From: Vicugna vicugna
Lineage: Eukaryota
Assembly (NCBI GenBank): GCA_013265495.1
Contig: MU057560.1
Span: 2,108,909 to 2,172,908 of the forward strand
Length of the DNA: 64,000 nucleotides
Reading direction: 5' to 3'
In this document: positions 21,807 to 35,100 of the stretch, piece by piece
Layout: each line of letters begins with the position of its first letter
Position numbering within the stretch: the stretch's first letter is position 1
Notes under the pieces: model-generated
The model's input: only the letters and a program-made list of their open reading frames with translations
Database searches by the model: none
Told to the model about the DNA's origin: nothing
Program-made: the position numbers and the translations under genes

Positions 21807-24800
21807 AACCGCCCAGGGCTTCCTGAAGCCCAGGGGCAGCGGGGATTTAGCTGAAACAACCAGGGCAGTTCCACCCACACAGGTCCCAGCGCAGGAGGGG
21901 CGCCCCCCCACCGCCCCAGAAAGCCGCGCCTCCATCCACAGCAATAGTGCGAGCCTCTTACCACCTGTCACTCTGACGTGGGTGGTCAGCCAGCCTGTTC
22001 CCCAGTCCCGGGGCCAGGGGACCCTGCATCCCTGCACACAGGGCAGGCTGGCGGGAGGCCCCTGTCTCGGCTGGAGACTGTGGAGCCCTTCTGGACAGGG
22101 CTCCCCGGGCACCCGCCTTGGCAGGGCTCTTCAGGGACTGCGATGTCTAGGTTTTATTTCATTTTTGTTTTACCTAAAAACATGCTGCTGTGAGAGTGAT
22201 CATGTGCCTGTTTAAGAATTCTAGCTGCATGCAAGGTTGTAGTGAGAATTGTCTCCCTCCAGCCCTAACCCCTGAGCCCTTGGCTCCCCCATCAGGGGCA
22301 GCCACTCTCACCCCAGGGATTTCAGTAAATCACAGTGACAGATTAGAATTTATCGGAAAGGTAGTAGCAAGGCTGAGGGTGTGGCAGTGCTGAGGAGAGG
22401 GCCCGGAACAGGGCATGAGGGTGTGCACGTTTTTTTAAAATAAGCATGCTTTATTGATTCTGAAAATGGTTATGCAAGTGAACGAACCATCCTTGGTTCC
22501 AGAGTGAAACCAGCCTTATTCTACTGGAGATTTAAGGAGGGGGGTGCGCCCTGGGTGTGAGTATGTAGCAAAAACAGACCTCAAGACTCCGCATCTTCCC
22601 GATGGCCCCTGGGCTGTGGTGAGACGGGGCGGGGGTTGGGCACGGGAGGCTGGAGGTGGGAGACTCGAAGTGCGGGGGCATCCCATGGCCCTCAGGGCTC
22701 TTCCACCATCTGTCCTGAAAGCTCAACCTGTCACCATCATTAGGAAGCTTTCCTTGGAGTGTTGAGGCAAGTGTCCTGGTAAGGAGTCATCCTGGGATTG
22801 GATGCAAGTCCCTAATCGGGCCTGCCTGGAGCTGCTGTCGGGGGCGCCCTGGAGGGTCGGCTGTCAGTTCATCCCCAGCGGGTCCTTTCGGGAGGTGGGG
22901 GGAGAAGGTGGGGAGGGGGGCTGCCGGGAAGGTCCCCGCTGGGCTCCGTGGGTCCGCCTGGCCCTCAGCCTGTCCAGGCCCTCATCCCTCTGCTCCTTCC
23001 ACACGTGTTTCCAAGGCCCCCAGTTTTAAACCCACTTCTGGCCATTAAGGACGTGAAGGGGGACTGGCATAGATCTGGCCTTTGAGGGGATTAGTCAGTG
23101 AAGGCGAGGACTCGGCCCACCGGCCGGAATGTGGGGAGAAGGTGTTGGACGAGAGTCTGACGGGTGGGGGCTCCCCTGGGGGTGACCCGCGGGTCCTTCT
23201 CCCTCATGTCAGGGCCTGTGGCGGAGTCAGGGTCCTGGAGGCTGGACCTCCCGGGGGACCCTGCGTGGCGGGCTGGGCGGACCAAGGGATGCTCTGCCCC
23301 TACCTCATCTGTTACCTCGGGTGTCTGGCCCACTGCAGGTCTTGTGCCTTGGGATCCCCAGTTCTCTGAGTGGCGCTTCCTGCCCCCGACGTGAGGCCGC
23401 TGTGCGGCTGTGCCCGCTGGGTCCGGCTCCCCCCTGTGGTGTCAGCACTAGATCCTGGGGTCCCACACCCTCACCCGGGGCTTCCCCTATAAACTGGGGA
23501 GAAAGCTGCAGATTTGAAGTGCGTTAAAAATAGGCACTGAAGAAGGTGAGCACACACTGGATGGCAGAAGTCTGCGTTGGGGAGGCTCATGGGAAGCTGG
23601 AGGTGGAATTTGACAGCACGTCGGGGGTCCTTCAGGGGCCCGTAACCCGGCCCCGCAGATGAACTGCACCCTGGACACAAGCCACCACCCTCCGCGGGGT
23701 CATGGCCTGACTAGCGGCTCCTCTTCCTCAGACCAGCTTTGCACCACAACCACTTAAATGTTGGTACCACCTTAGCCTCTGTCACTCGGTACGTGGTTGC
23801 CTGGAGGGCCTGGTGGGGGGGACCTGTTCACCTGGCTGTAGGTCAGAGCATACCTGGGCCGCAGGGCAGATGGGAGGACACTGAGGTGGCCCAGCTCGTT
23901 TCACGGAGGGGTGGTCGATCAGCTCTGAGAGAACCCAGGAGGGACCTGGAACTCGTCTTCAGGTTCAGAAGAGGGAGTGGGTGTGTCTTGAGGCCCTCTC
24001 GGGTCAGCCGGTGGAAGCTGTGGGGCGAGGAGTCACAGCTGGACCCGAGACCACGTGGACCACCCTGAGGAAGCCGCATGTCTGCCCCTGGAGGTGTCCC
24101 GTGGACATTCATGAGGACTCACACCCATGCTGCAGGGCGACCGGACCTCGTGGTCCCTCAGTTCCTGTCCAGCCCTGCGTTTCTGCAAGTTCCATGGGAT
24201 GCCAGCCTCTGGATGTGACAGAGGTGAGGGCTTTGGGAAGCGTGTCTGCCCTGTCCTGAGTCTTGGTGTCTCTAAGCTGAGTGAGTGGAAGAAAGAGGGG
24301 ACACTTAGGGAGCGTCAGGTTTCCAGATTTCAGTAACTTGACTGCTTCCTGTGTGAGCAAGACCAAGTCCTCGGCCTCCTGGGGTGGTTATTTATAGTCA
24401 CTCCCCAGCAAAACAAAATGGTGTGTGTCATTAATTTCTAAAAATCTTTTTTTAAATGCTAAGACAGTTTGTTTCCGGATCCCCAGACTGTTGAAAGTGT
24501 GTTGAGTTGGCCACATTCAGTAACTCATGGCCCTGGTTACTGACCTGTGTCAGAATTGCCAAGTCGCTTTCATACGAAATTTATGGCACTGAAGATTTAG
24601 GGTCTGTGCATGAATTTTCCATTTGGTTTTGAAAGGAGAATCAATAAAGAAACTGGGTTTATCATCTTATTTATAACAGACTCCTTGACTGTTACACAGG
24701 ACCTGACCCTAGACGGAATGGCCCCAGGATACGATCTTTATAGGTCTCCAAACTCTATAAATTTTCTGTAAAAATCTATATAAATTAAAGATCCCAGATT

Positions 24801-26304
24801 ATTTGTCCAAAGAATTAGTGAACTGTGTGTTAGGAAGTTACTAAAAGATACAGAATTAGTAATCGGTGTGTTTTGGGAAATCGTATATTGTTTTTTGAAA
24901 ATCAGATTAGTCTGTGAGTACGTAACACAAGACCAAGGAGAATAAAATCCTTTGTTTCTCCTGGTCTGTCAGCGATTAAAGCGCAGAAGGCAGACGGCCT
25001 CTCCCCGAGCACAGATAGTCACCTCCCGTCTGCCTGGGGCCGTGCAGATCCGAAAGCGCTTCTTGGGCCATTTCCGTTGATGCTTCTGGAAATCTTCTGA
25101 GTGTGGGCGTCTTCGTAGACCCTGTGTTACAAATTGGATAGCAGAGGTTCAGAGGAATTCATTTGCTCAGGGTCTTGCAGTTAATGTAACAGAGCCAACT
25201 TTCTAAGAGAAATCTGTTTCTCCTTCGCCTCCTGTGATTATTTCCCCTAATGTATGGAAAACTAGGCTGATTTGTTTATTTGAAAAAAAAACTGCTGCCT
25301 TTCATCGCAGGCAAAAAACAAATGATGCTTTGTGGGGAAAGAATCATAAAAAAATTTAGTAGCGTACCAAAGTTTAATAGATGAAAATAAATTCTAAGTA
25401 TTTACATACTTACGAGAGTTATAGCCAAGTGCAAGCGTACCCTACAACTTCTTTGTGTTCTATGTAATACTGTGCACACTTACCCAGAGTTCAGATTAAT
25501 TTTTTGGTTTTAAATTGCCCAGGCCCTTAAACCCCTTTGAGGGCTTGCTGATGTTTCTCTTCTTTCTCACAAAAGCGTCTAAAGGGGGAGGTTTCTACAG
25601 TGCCCTCGACACCGTTTGGCAGCTGTGTGCGGCCTTCAGGCTCTGGGGAGAGGACGCAGCAAACGCCTGTTTGCTCCGTGTGGTGACTCTCCAGCGACCC
25701 CTGAGCCACGGCTGTGACCTTAGCTCTGAACTGACAGCGGTCTCCTAAGACCTAAGCGGCCCGTCGCCTCTGCTCCCTGCCAGAACGTGGTGGCCCGCTG
25801 GTGGCCACCTGCCCTCTGTGGACACTGTTAATCGTGCACACAGGGTGGTGGCTGGGAGCTGTGCTGAGACAGTGTGCTGGAGCTCCCGACTGCCCAGTGC
25901 GGCCACACGTCTTAAGTCCGGGTCAGGGGAGCAAACTGCCAAAGGTGTGTGTGTGGGCAGGTGCTCTTATGCACGTGGTGGTGTCTTTCCTGCTCCTCTC
26001 CCGGTTTGCTTCCACCATCTCCACCCGCTCCCCTCCTGTGAGACAGCGGTGTGGGTGTCACTGGCAGAGAAGGGAGGTGTGAGCCAGCACGCTTACGCCT
26101 TACCCCACTGGGAGGGGTCCGTCCGGGCCCGGGAGGCGCTGGCCGCGTGGAAGCCCCCTCCTGCCTGTCTCCCTTAGGATACCTCGCACTTCTGGAGGTG
26201 GGCTGTTTGAAGGCAGTAAGGAGTTGGGTTGTATGTGTGTGCCTGTTTTTTTGATTCATTCTACTGATCTCTGTCTTTTAATTGATGTATTTAGGCCATT
26301 TACA

Positions 26305-26469
26305 GTTTTTAAAAACTTTTATTGAAGTGTGGTTGATTTACAACGGTAGTTTCAGGTGTACGGCAAAGTGATTCAATTCTATATGCATACATGTATATTT
26401 TAATTCCAAATTATTTTGCATTATGTGTTATTACAAGAAACTGAATATAGTTCCCTGTGCTACACAGTG
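26305..26469 (-). mobile_element. Short young LINE1 3' end
   Basis: ttttattgaagtgtggttgatttacaa...aatatagttccctgtgctacacagt; TSD taggccatttaca / tagaccgtttaca. Confidence 0.85.
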
Positions 26470-26761
26470 TAGACCGTTTACACTGAAATGATTAGTGTGT
26501 TGGGGCTGAAGCAGGCTGTTTTATTACCTGCTTTCTGTTTCTTCTCTTTGTTTCTTGTTGCTCTGTCTCTTTCTTGCCTCCCTGTGGGTTACTTGAACAT
26601 TCTGTAAAATTCCATCTTGATTTATTATGGTGTTTCCGAGCGTACTGCTTTGTATCATTTTCCTGGTGTTTGCTCCAGATACACTCCACGTCCGTAACTT
26701 ACCGAGCCTGCTCTGAGGGGTGGCCAGAACCCTTCCATGTACGTCCTTTCCCTCCCCACTT

Positions 26762-26951
26762 CTTTTTTCTTGTATGTACATATATTTTTATTGAAGTCTA
26801 GTCAGTTTACAGTGCTGTGTCAGCTTCTGGTGCGCAGCACAGTGCTCCAGTCACGCATGAACATGCGTATGCTCGTGTTCACGTTCTTTTCCACCACAAG
26901 TCACTACAAGATGCTGATACGGCCCCTGCGCTGTGCGGTGTGAGCCTGTTG
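26762..26951 (-). mobile_element. Short young LINE1 3' end
   Basis: ttttattgaagtctagtcagtttacag...; TSD ccctccccactt / ccctcctcactt. Confidence 0.8.
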
Positions 26952-27765
26952 CCCTCCTCACTTTTAAAATATAGTTAAGTTTTTCTCTACATATGTTGAC
27001 ATGAGATGTGTTGTTTTCTATATGTGTATATATTTTTGTTTTGTTTTTGTTTTTCTTATTTTTGCTTAAAAAATAAAAATTTACCTCCTCACGTGGCCTG
27101 TCTGTGCAACGTGGGGGTTTCCCCCTCAACCGTCAGATGTGATTTAAGAACCGTAAGGAGGAAGCCCACTGTACTCTGATTTCTGCCCATCTCCTGTTCT
27201 CATTTCCTTTCTGAAGTTCCAGGCCTCCTTCTTTCTCTTCTTTTCTTTGTGTTTGGAACCCGTTCTCTCCCATTTTTTAAGGGCAGGTCTGCTGGTGGCA
27301 AATTCTCGGAGTTTTCCTTCTGAGGATGTCTTTCCCTTCGTTCCTCAAGGGTATTTTCACTAAATAAAGAATTCACAATTGGCAGCTTATCTCTTTCAGT
27401 ATTTGAAAAGCATGGAGCCCCGCCCGTCTGGCCTGGGCGGTTTGGGGCAGGAAATCTGCCTTCACTGGAGCTGGTGGCCCTGTAGGTCCGGCCTCATTTC
27501 TGTCACTGCGTCACTGTTTGTTGTCTTTAGCTTCCCCCCGTCTACTGATGATGCATCAGGAACGGAGTTCTTTGGGGTCATTCTGTTTGGGATTTTCTTG
27601 GCTTCTTGAATCTGCGGTTGTGTCTTTCACCAAATTTGGGAAGTTTCCAGCCACGGTTTCGTCTAATACTTTTTCAGCCCCACTCTCCTCTTGTCCTGAG
27701 ACATCATTGACATGACTTCGCTCATTTGCCGCAGTCCTGCGAGTTCCCGAGACTCTGTTCATTTT

Positions 27766-27958
27766 CTTATTTCTTTTTACTTATTTATTTTTTTTGAAAG
27801 GAAGACATTTATTTATTTTTTGTTATTTTATTTTTTGGGGTGGGGAGGGTAATTAGGTTTATTTATTATTACTGTTTTTTTAATGGAGGTACTGGGGATT
27901 GAACCCAAGACCTCGTGCATGCCAAGCATGCGCTTTACCACTGAGCTATACCCTCCCC
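27766..27958 (-). mobile_element. Camelid tRNA-derived SINE (Vic-1-like), well preserved
   Basis: Reverse strand reads ggggagggtatagctcagtggtaaagcgcatgcttggcatgcacgaggtcttgggttcaatccccagtacctcc (A- and B-box) plus A-rich tail; ttcatttt on both flanks. Confidence 0.92.
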
Positions 27959-30349
27959 TTCATTTTATTTTTTAGTTTGTTTCTCTCAGGTGTTCCAGTT
28001 GGGTATTTTCTGTTGTTCTGTTTTCAAATTCATTGGTTCTTTCTTCTATAATACTCATTCTGCTATTGAACCCATTCCCTGAGTTTTTAATTCAGGTGGT
28101 TTTAGTTTTTGTTACGTGATTCCCATGTGATTTCTTTTTGTATCTTTTTTTTTTTGTATCTTATACGTCTTTTTTTCTTCTTTAGTTTCAGGAGTGTTTG
28201 TAGTTGCCCCCTGAAGTATTTGTGTGAAGGCTGCTTTAGACTCTGACAGACGATCCCAGCGTCGATCTGTCTTGGTGTCGGCAGCTACTGACTGTCTGTT
28301 TCCCCGCAAATGATGATTTCATGGTTCCTGGGAAGGTCTGGATCCGATTTAGCGACACGCCCCCTGCTCGGGCTCAGTGAGTAGACCTTGGCCTGCTTCC
28401 ATGGGCTGTGGCTCTGTGACAGTTAGTGTCGGGCCCTCACAGTGACGCTCTGGTGTCCCTGGGGCTCCCGCTAACCCCCATGGCTTGGGGGGGCTGTTCT
28501 GGTGTGGAGGTGCTGATCGCACTTCCCACCCCGTGCCCAGGGCGGCCTGTGCGGCTGACCAGGGGTGTGGGGGGGTCACCTGCCTTCAGCCCTGTGTGCC
28601 TCTGAGTGGTGCTGCGCCCTGCTCTGGGGGGGCCTGGGGCCGGGGCCGCAGTGGGGCTGGGAGACGGCCTCTGGGGCTTGGATGCCTGGTATTGTGTTCC
28701 TTGTCTCCTGTTTCTGGTGTCAAGAGATAAGGAAGTTCAACCCCCAAACTTACAAATCCTGAAAACAAATGTGGGAAACATAGAGGGTCCTCCTTCTTTC
28801 TAACTGAAGTAATTTCAAAAGGGAAACCCAATTTTTAATGACAAAAAGAGTATGTGATGTCACCAGGAGTTAGTTGCCTTGGGACAAGTTAAGGAACGTT
28901 AGTGGAGCTCTGCGTGGAGCACTGACCGGGGGACGGGGGAGGCTCCTGCCGGAACGGGGCCTCCGTGTGGTTTCCGCCTCTGCCTTGGACACCTAGCCTC
29001 GGCCGCGGTCCTCGTCACGACTGATGCGCCCTCTCGTCCCGTGTGTCCTAGAATGGTCTCTGCTTTTAATCAGTGGAGTTGGCTTTGGTGGGTGGTCACT
29101 GAAGTCTGGGGGTTATGCACCATGTTGGGCCCTAGAAGGCCCCACACCAGGGGTCCTGACGTAACATCGTGGTGATGGTGACCCCGTGTGCCTCTGAGTG
29201 TTGCTGACCCCTTTCTCGAGCAGAGCTGGCTCATCTCCAGAGACGACCCCGGGTCCACAGGTGAGGACATGGGCCTGGCCCGTTCCCATCCTGGCTCCCC
29301 CTACCCCCACAGAGCTCACGCCTGGTCCCACGGGCCTGCCACCTGTCTGTGCGCCTCTCACTGCGCTTGTGTCTGGAGGAGACCCACCCTGCTTGGAGCT
29401 CATAGTTGGGCGGGGAGGACACATTCTACCTGGTATCCCCACAGCCGTGTTGCCCCAGGAGGCATCCTGGTGGTCAGAGATGAGCCAGGGCCTCAGGGCT
29501 GGTGCTAGCTCCCCTGGCGGGGGGCTGTTTGTGGGGTCCTCTTCCCCTTGCCAGCAGGGCCAGTGCATCCTGGGGCTTCAGACCCGTGTCCATTGCTAGT
29601 GATGTGAGAAGCGGCCTGCCCACCTGAGTGAGCCCCCCACAGAGCGGGTGGAGGGACCCAGACACGCGAGGGACACGGAGCATACGTGCCATGGCTCTGA
29701 ATGCAAACAGCGGCCGGGAGCATCCTTATCACAGAACCAGTTTGCAGACACTGTCAAGACAGTAAGGTCCCACATGTATCGGCATCTTTGGATACCATCA
29801 CCCCTTCGAATTAATGTCATCTCCCAGAACCTGGGTAGGCCTGATGGCTGATCCAGGGGAAGGAAGCAGACGCCAGCTGACATTAGCAGGCCCGGGCTTT
29901 GTCCCACACGCCAGCCATCAGCACCACGGCGATGTCCAGTCCTGACCAGTGATTTCCAGGCCTTCTCTCCTGAAACCCCAAAACCCACTTTTCATGTCTG
30001 TGGAAATATGTATGGGATGGCTAAGACCCAGCCCCTGATTTGGTTGGAAGGGCGGGCCATGTGGCCTCTCTCACCACGGGGCCTCTCCTGCTGACGGCAT
30101 CTGCTCGAGGACAAGGGGAAGGGCCTGGAAATAGGAAACCGAGTCACTGCAGCTGACTCAACATTGCACACAGCTGTGCCTGGCACGTAGTAGATGCTGG
30201 AAGATTGTTTGTTAAATGCAGTAGATGAGCAGGGGGATGAAGTTTGCCCTGGGTCTACTTCAAAACAGAACAAACAGAACTTTTTCATGGTCTCAGCAGC
30301 AATCACAACCAGCAGGGTCAGCTGCCTGGGTTGTCAATAAAGTTTTATT

Positions 30350-30462
30350 GGGTGGGGGTGAGGGTGCAGAGGTGGGGGCTGGATGGGGGTGGGTGCAGAG
30401 GTGGGGGCTGGGTGGGGATGAGGGTGCAGAGGTGAGGGCTGGGTGGGTGCAGGGTGTGCAGA
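30350..30462. repeat. G-rich tandem repeat (about 30-bp units containing gggtgcagaggtgggggctgg)
   Basis: Three to four units visible directly. Confidence 0.8.
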
Positions 30463-31844
30463 GGAAAAGGTCACAGACCACATCATGGTCTTAGCCAAAC
30501 CCAGGCCAGCGCAGTCAGCTGAGCTGGTTGAAAGCAACCACACGGTTGTAATGGTCCGTCTTGTGGTTGGCACTAGACTCAGGAAAACAGTCACTATTAT
30601 ACAGTAGAATTCATTTTTATTCATGCTTTAAAAATATTTACTAAATGTTTATTGCACGAAATTACTTGTTTATCGATTGTTCTAAGTGGAAGCGTGAATG
30701 TCGCTTGCATTTGGGGTCCCATCAAAGGCTTGTTAAAGCTGGTATTTGTTCAAGTGTTTGGAGTCTGTGATGTTCCAGTAGCCACTGTTTCATCTGATTA
30801 AATTCAGAGAAGATGCATCTTACTGAGCAGTCTGTGATTTCTGCTAACTTCACACCACGTCACAGGAGCTCTGAGACATCAGAACGATGAGTCCTGGGAG
30901 AAGCCACGCTTGCCTGTAACAAAGTTGAAGGTGACCTGACCACCCCTTAAAATAACAGCTAACTTCTCATCGCGTGGGCGGGTCTTCCCTGGAGCCTCTG
31001 AGGAGGCCTGCCCGCTGCCGGGAGGCTCCTGCTCTCACACCTGCGAGGACTGTGCTCCCGGCAGCCCAGGAGGGAGGCAGCGAGCGTCTGGGGTGTGGGA
31101 GGGTCCGCAGAAGTCATGGGGCTGAGGTGCACGTGGTAACCAGTCCCGCAGGTGCCCGTGGACCAGGCTGCTCTTCTTGGGGCCCACATGGGTGTCCGGA
31201 TGGCAGGGCCCCCGGGAGGCGGCACTGGCCTTGCCGCGAGGTGACAAGCAGGAGACGTCTGTCACGAGCCAGCCCCCCTGCTGGGCTCTGCATAGGCTGC
31301 AGGGTGACTTTATCCCCGTCAGGCTCCTCCGAAGGCTGTCCTAGGACTGTCCCGGGGAGGAAGCCCTGGCCCAGGTCGTGATGCCCTTTACCAAGTGTCT
31401 GCAGGTGGCCTGGGAACTCCCGAGGCGATGGGGGCTGGTGGCCAGGCGCTGGGTACACCAGAATGTTCTGGGCTACAGCCACTCAGCAGATCATGCCATC
31501 AGTCTGTAGATTCCTGATGTGAAAGATTGTTCTGTGCTGGAATGAAAGGAAACAAAAGAAGGCCGGATGGCAGGGACTCAGGAAAACTCACATGGTCAGA
31601 GAAGAGGACATTTTTTTATTTGCCTGGAAGCCTGCATTTGAGCTGAAAGGTTTTTATGTAACTGGTTTAGAATAGCTTATCTTGTTTAATGTGAAAATGG
31701 CTCTAGCTCCCCCCCCCATTAATGGCTATTTTTTTCTAGATCAAGCCACTACGGTTTATATTTAGTTCTAGTTTTTTTTTGCAAAACATCTCCCCTCCCA
31801 TCTCTGCCTCAAATTTTATTATACTTGGTAAGAGTTGAATCCTT

Positions 31845-32154
31845 GTCTTAACCCCCTGGGGCTGCTCTAACTCAGTCCTGCAGACTGAGCGGGGTATAAA
31901 CAGCAGACCTTTATTTCCCACAGTCCTGGAGGCTGGATGTCCAAGGTCAAGGCACTTTCGGCGTCTGGTGAGCACCTGCCTCCCTGTTCAGAGAGACTCC
32001 TCAGATGGTGAGGGGCCAGGGAGCTCTTTCCAAAGGACACTCACCCCATCACGAGGCTCCGCTCATGCCCTGATCCCCTCCTGACACCATCCCCTGGGGG
32101 GTTAGGACTTCATCGTGTGGATTTGGGGGAGACACAAACATTTAGTCTACAGCA
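31845..32154 (-). mobile_element. MLT1A-type LTR
   Basis: tttatttcccacagtcctggaggctggatgtccaaggtcaagg...gggggagacacaaacatttagtctacagca. Confidence 0.85.
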
Positions 32155-35100
32155 ATGCATTATAAAGCAATAGGCACTATTTTAACCCCTCCCCTACTAC
32201 TGTCATCATCTTGGCAAAAGTTGCCATGACGCGGCTGAGGGCTGTTCTGGAGATGGTTACTGTTCTTCACAGGAGCCCTGGGGGTGTCGGAGGAAGCGCG
32301 GGTTTGAGCCCCAGCCCTTCATGAGGCTCTGTGACCCTGGGGAGTCACTGTCTGTAGAGGAGGCATGACAGCAGCAGCTACTTGTCAGGATCGTTGTGGT
32401 GACTAGAGGGGCTGGCGGTGGGTTCACACAGAAGGCCCACCATGGAGAAGAGCCTCGCCCCTTTCATCACGGGCGCGGGGGCGTGAGCAGTAGCTAGATC
32501 ACAGATGACAGCCATTCACTTCGGTGACAGGTCCTCAGCCAGGTGCACGTCAGAGTCACCTGAGCCCCCTGTGCAGGTCTGGGTCCCCGACCTCACCTGG
32601 AGCCAGGGTGTCCTGCCGCAGGCCAGCATCAGGAGTTTAAGCCGTCCCTGAGGGGGCTTGGCAGGTAGCCAGCACTGAACCTGTCGACCCGAGACCTCGT
32701 TCAGAGAGCAGGACCCCGCGTTGTCCCATGGGAGCCCGGGCAGGGCCCCTGGGCAGGTCTCCAGACAAGGGCACAGACAGCTCTGGAGGTGGCGGGGGCC
32801 ATCTGAATCTGACCGTGCCCCTCACTGGCAGCGCGCCCTCGGCTGTGGGCGGGGGGCTGCGCCAAGCACCCCCTGTGGTAACAGCCAATCATACTGTCTC
32901 CACAAAAGTGCGGAAGAAGTTGCTGTTGAAGAACTTGGGTTTGCTGTTTGTGAAATGATAATAATACCGCGATACAAAAAGACACTCCCTGGCTGATCTG
33001 TTGTGTGGATCACACACGACACTGTGTCGAGGGGCCTGCTGCCCACCCAGTCCCCACGCTCCCCACGTGTCACCCCGTGCACATTGGAAGTACGCTGCCT
33101 ACCGGATACGCACTCATGCTGGTTATTTTTAAAGCTATTGTCTTAACGGAGGTATGCATTTACATAAAACTATTTTTAAAATATGTCTCGTTTTGGTAAT
33201 ATTATTTTGATCTACATCATAATGCATTTAGCAAGTGGCCCTCTTTCCTAGATCCCTTTTGAAAGCACATAGGTTATAAATGATAAATATTCAGTGCCGA
33301 GCAGAACCTGATACAGAGAAGGCATTCAGGTATGTAATGAACTGTGTGCCGTTCACAGAAGCCAGCATCCCATTTTGCCTTGATGTGAATCCTAATTACT
33401 AAAAAATTGAATTCTTGACCTCTAAGTGTCTGTGCAGTCGTGCTGGGCATGACTGTGGTTCCTCTCAGAGCAGTCTCCCCGCCCCGAGCCGTCTCCACTG
33501 CCGGGGCGCTGGCGCTCAGGCTGGTGGGGGCCGTGCGCCTCAGTGCAGAGACCGGGTTTTAGGGCCACCAAGAGTCCTCATTGGTGCCGGAGCTGGGGGA
33601 TCTCGGGATCTTGAGCCAAAGCCGGAGTTCAAGCCTGTTTCACGTCCTGATCAGAGAGCAGAGGGCTGGCCCCAGACTGTGGGGAGCTTCACCAGCCCCG
33701 GCCCCTCCCTCGCTCCCTGGCCTGGCCTGGAGCACCAGCAGAGACGGGCTTTCTCTGGGTCCGCCTTGCTTATTAGTTCAGGCAGGAACAGGGGCATGTC
33801 TAACCTGCTGACACACGTGGCCCAGGGGCCGTTAGCCTGGTCAGTTACAGAAGGACCCTGGGTGGTCTGACCCTTGTCCACCAGGCTGCCTCCGGTCACT
33901 GACGGGGACGTCTGCTCTGTGTCCTACGCGTCCTGCTGCTGCGCTTTGTCCTCTTTCCATCCCCTTCCCGGTGTCCTGTGTCACCTCCCCCCTCACTCTC
34001 CTCGGAAAGCCCTGGGGCGCCTAAAATTCAGAGCACAGGTCCAGAGCAAGAGCTGCTGTAAAGCCCGAGTCGGAAGGGATAACCTGCAGGAGACGCTCCT
34101 GCAGACGCGTCACCGGAGGTGGTTGCAGGGGCCGAGTCCCAGGGGAGGAGACATTCCCCTCGCTGTGTTCTCGGCTCCTGGGAGCTTCTGGCTGCAGATC
34201 GTAGCCCTCCTGCCCGATTGTGCACCATGCGTTAGTGGCAAAGCAGCATCTTCAATATACGGGTCATCATTTTGGGTCCTTCTGCGTTTAGAAAGGGTTT
34301 TGCATCTCTTACAGTCTTTGGACTGTTTTGCACGACGCGTCCTAAGTACCACTGGGCTCTGCCCTGGGTGTTTACGCGGAGTGTCTGCTCCCGCCCGCAC
34401 CGTTCCAGGCCTGCGCGTGCAGAAGACGCCACACGTGAGTGTCAGGGTAGTTGCTCGCAGAGAAGAGTGTTATGAGGAGGAACTGAAGCAAGTGGAGGGC
34501 AGGGAAGGTGTGATGAGGAGGTGGTTTGCACGCCTGCTGGAGCGGGGGGTCAGAGCGTGTGCACTGTGCAGAGGTCCGTGAGAATCCCACTCCAGCAGGG
34601 GCTGCTGCGGGCCTGGCCCCGGCGGTGTTAGCGTGGTCGGCTGTGGACGGCAGGGAGGCCAGGCTGGTGGTGCCCGTGATTGGAGAGCAGCCAGGCTGGT
34701 GTGTGAGGCGGGAGGTTGGCGGGGCCTGGGTCCCAGAGAGCCCGCAGCCCTGGCTCTAAGGATGGTGGAAAATGTGGCCAAGGATGGGGAGAGACTGTTC
34801 ACCCATCCATCTGCTTCATGGCTATCTATTTAGTTGCTTCTTGGCAAGGCACTGAGCGTCCAGGGCTTAAGGGAGCACAGACCCCTGCATCCTGTCCCCT
34901 CGGGGGTGGGGACGGGGCCCAGGCCAGCGGTGATCAGTGCTGTGGGGCCAGGGAGCCAGCGGTGCATGTGGGGGGGCAGAGCAGAGGGCAGAGCACGGAG
35001 GCCAAGGGAGAACTCGGGGGCCGTCCTGCGAGAGCTGGTATGTGGCCCTTGCGGTACCGGCTGGAGGTTCTGGATGTATGTGACATCTGGTGTGACAAGA

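Larger units (their letters stand above)
26180..28330 (-). mobile_element. Old LINE1 (L1MC/ME-like) hosting three younger insertions
   Basis: ctctgtcttttaattgatgtatttaggccattta, gcaggtctgctggtggcaaattctc and caaatttgggaagtttccagcc are antisense L1 motifs that resume after each insertion. Confidence 0.8.

Noticed and set aside
27885..27958. tRNA-like sequence with A and B boxes (also near 9866 and 14270)
   Set aside because: Has an A-rich tail, flanking duplications and several diverged copies, so it is a SINE head, not a tRNA gene.
29917..29938. Second RE1-like site tcagcaccacggcgatg
   Set aside because: Right half-site GGACAG is missing.
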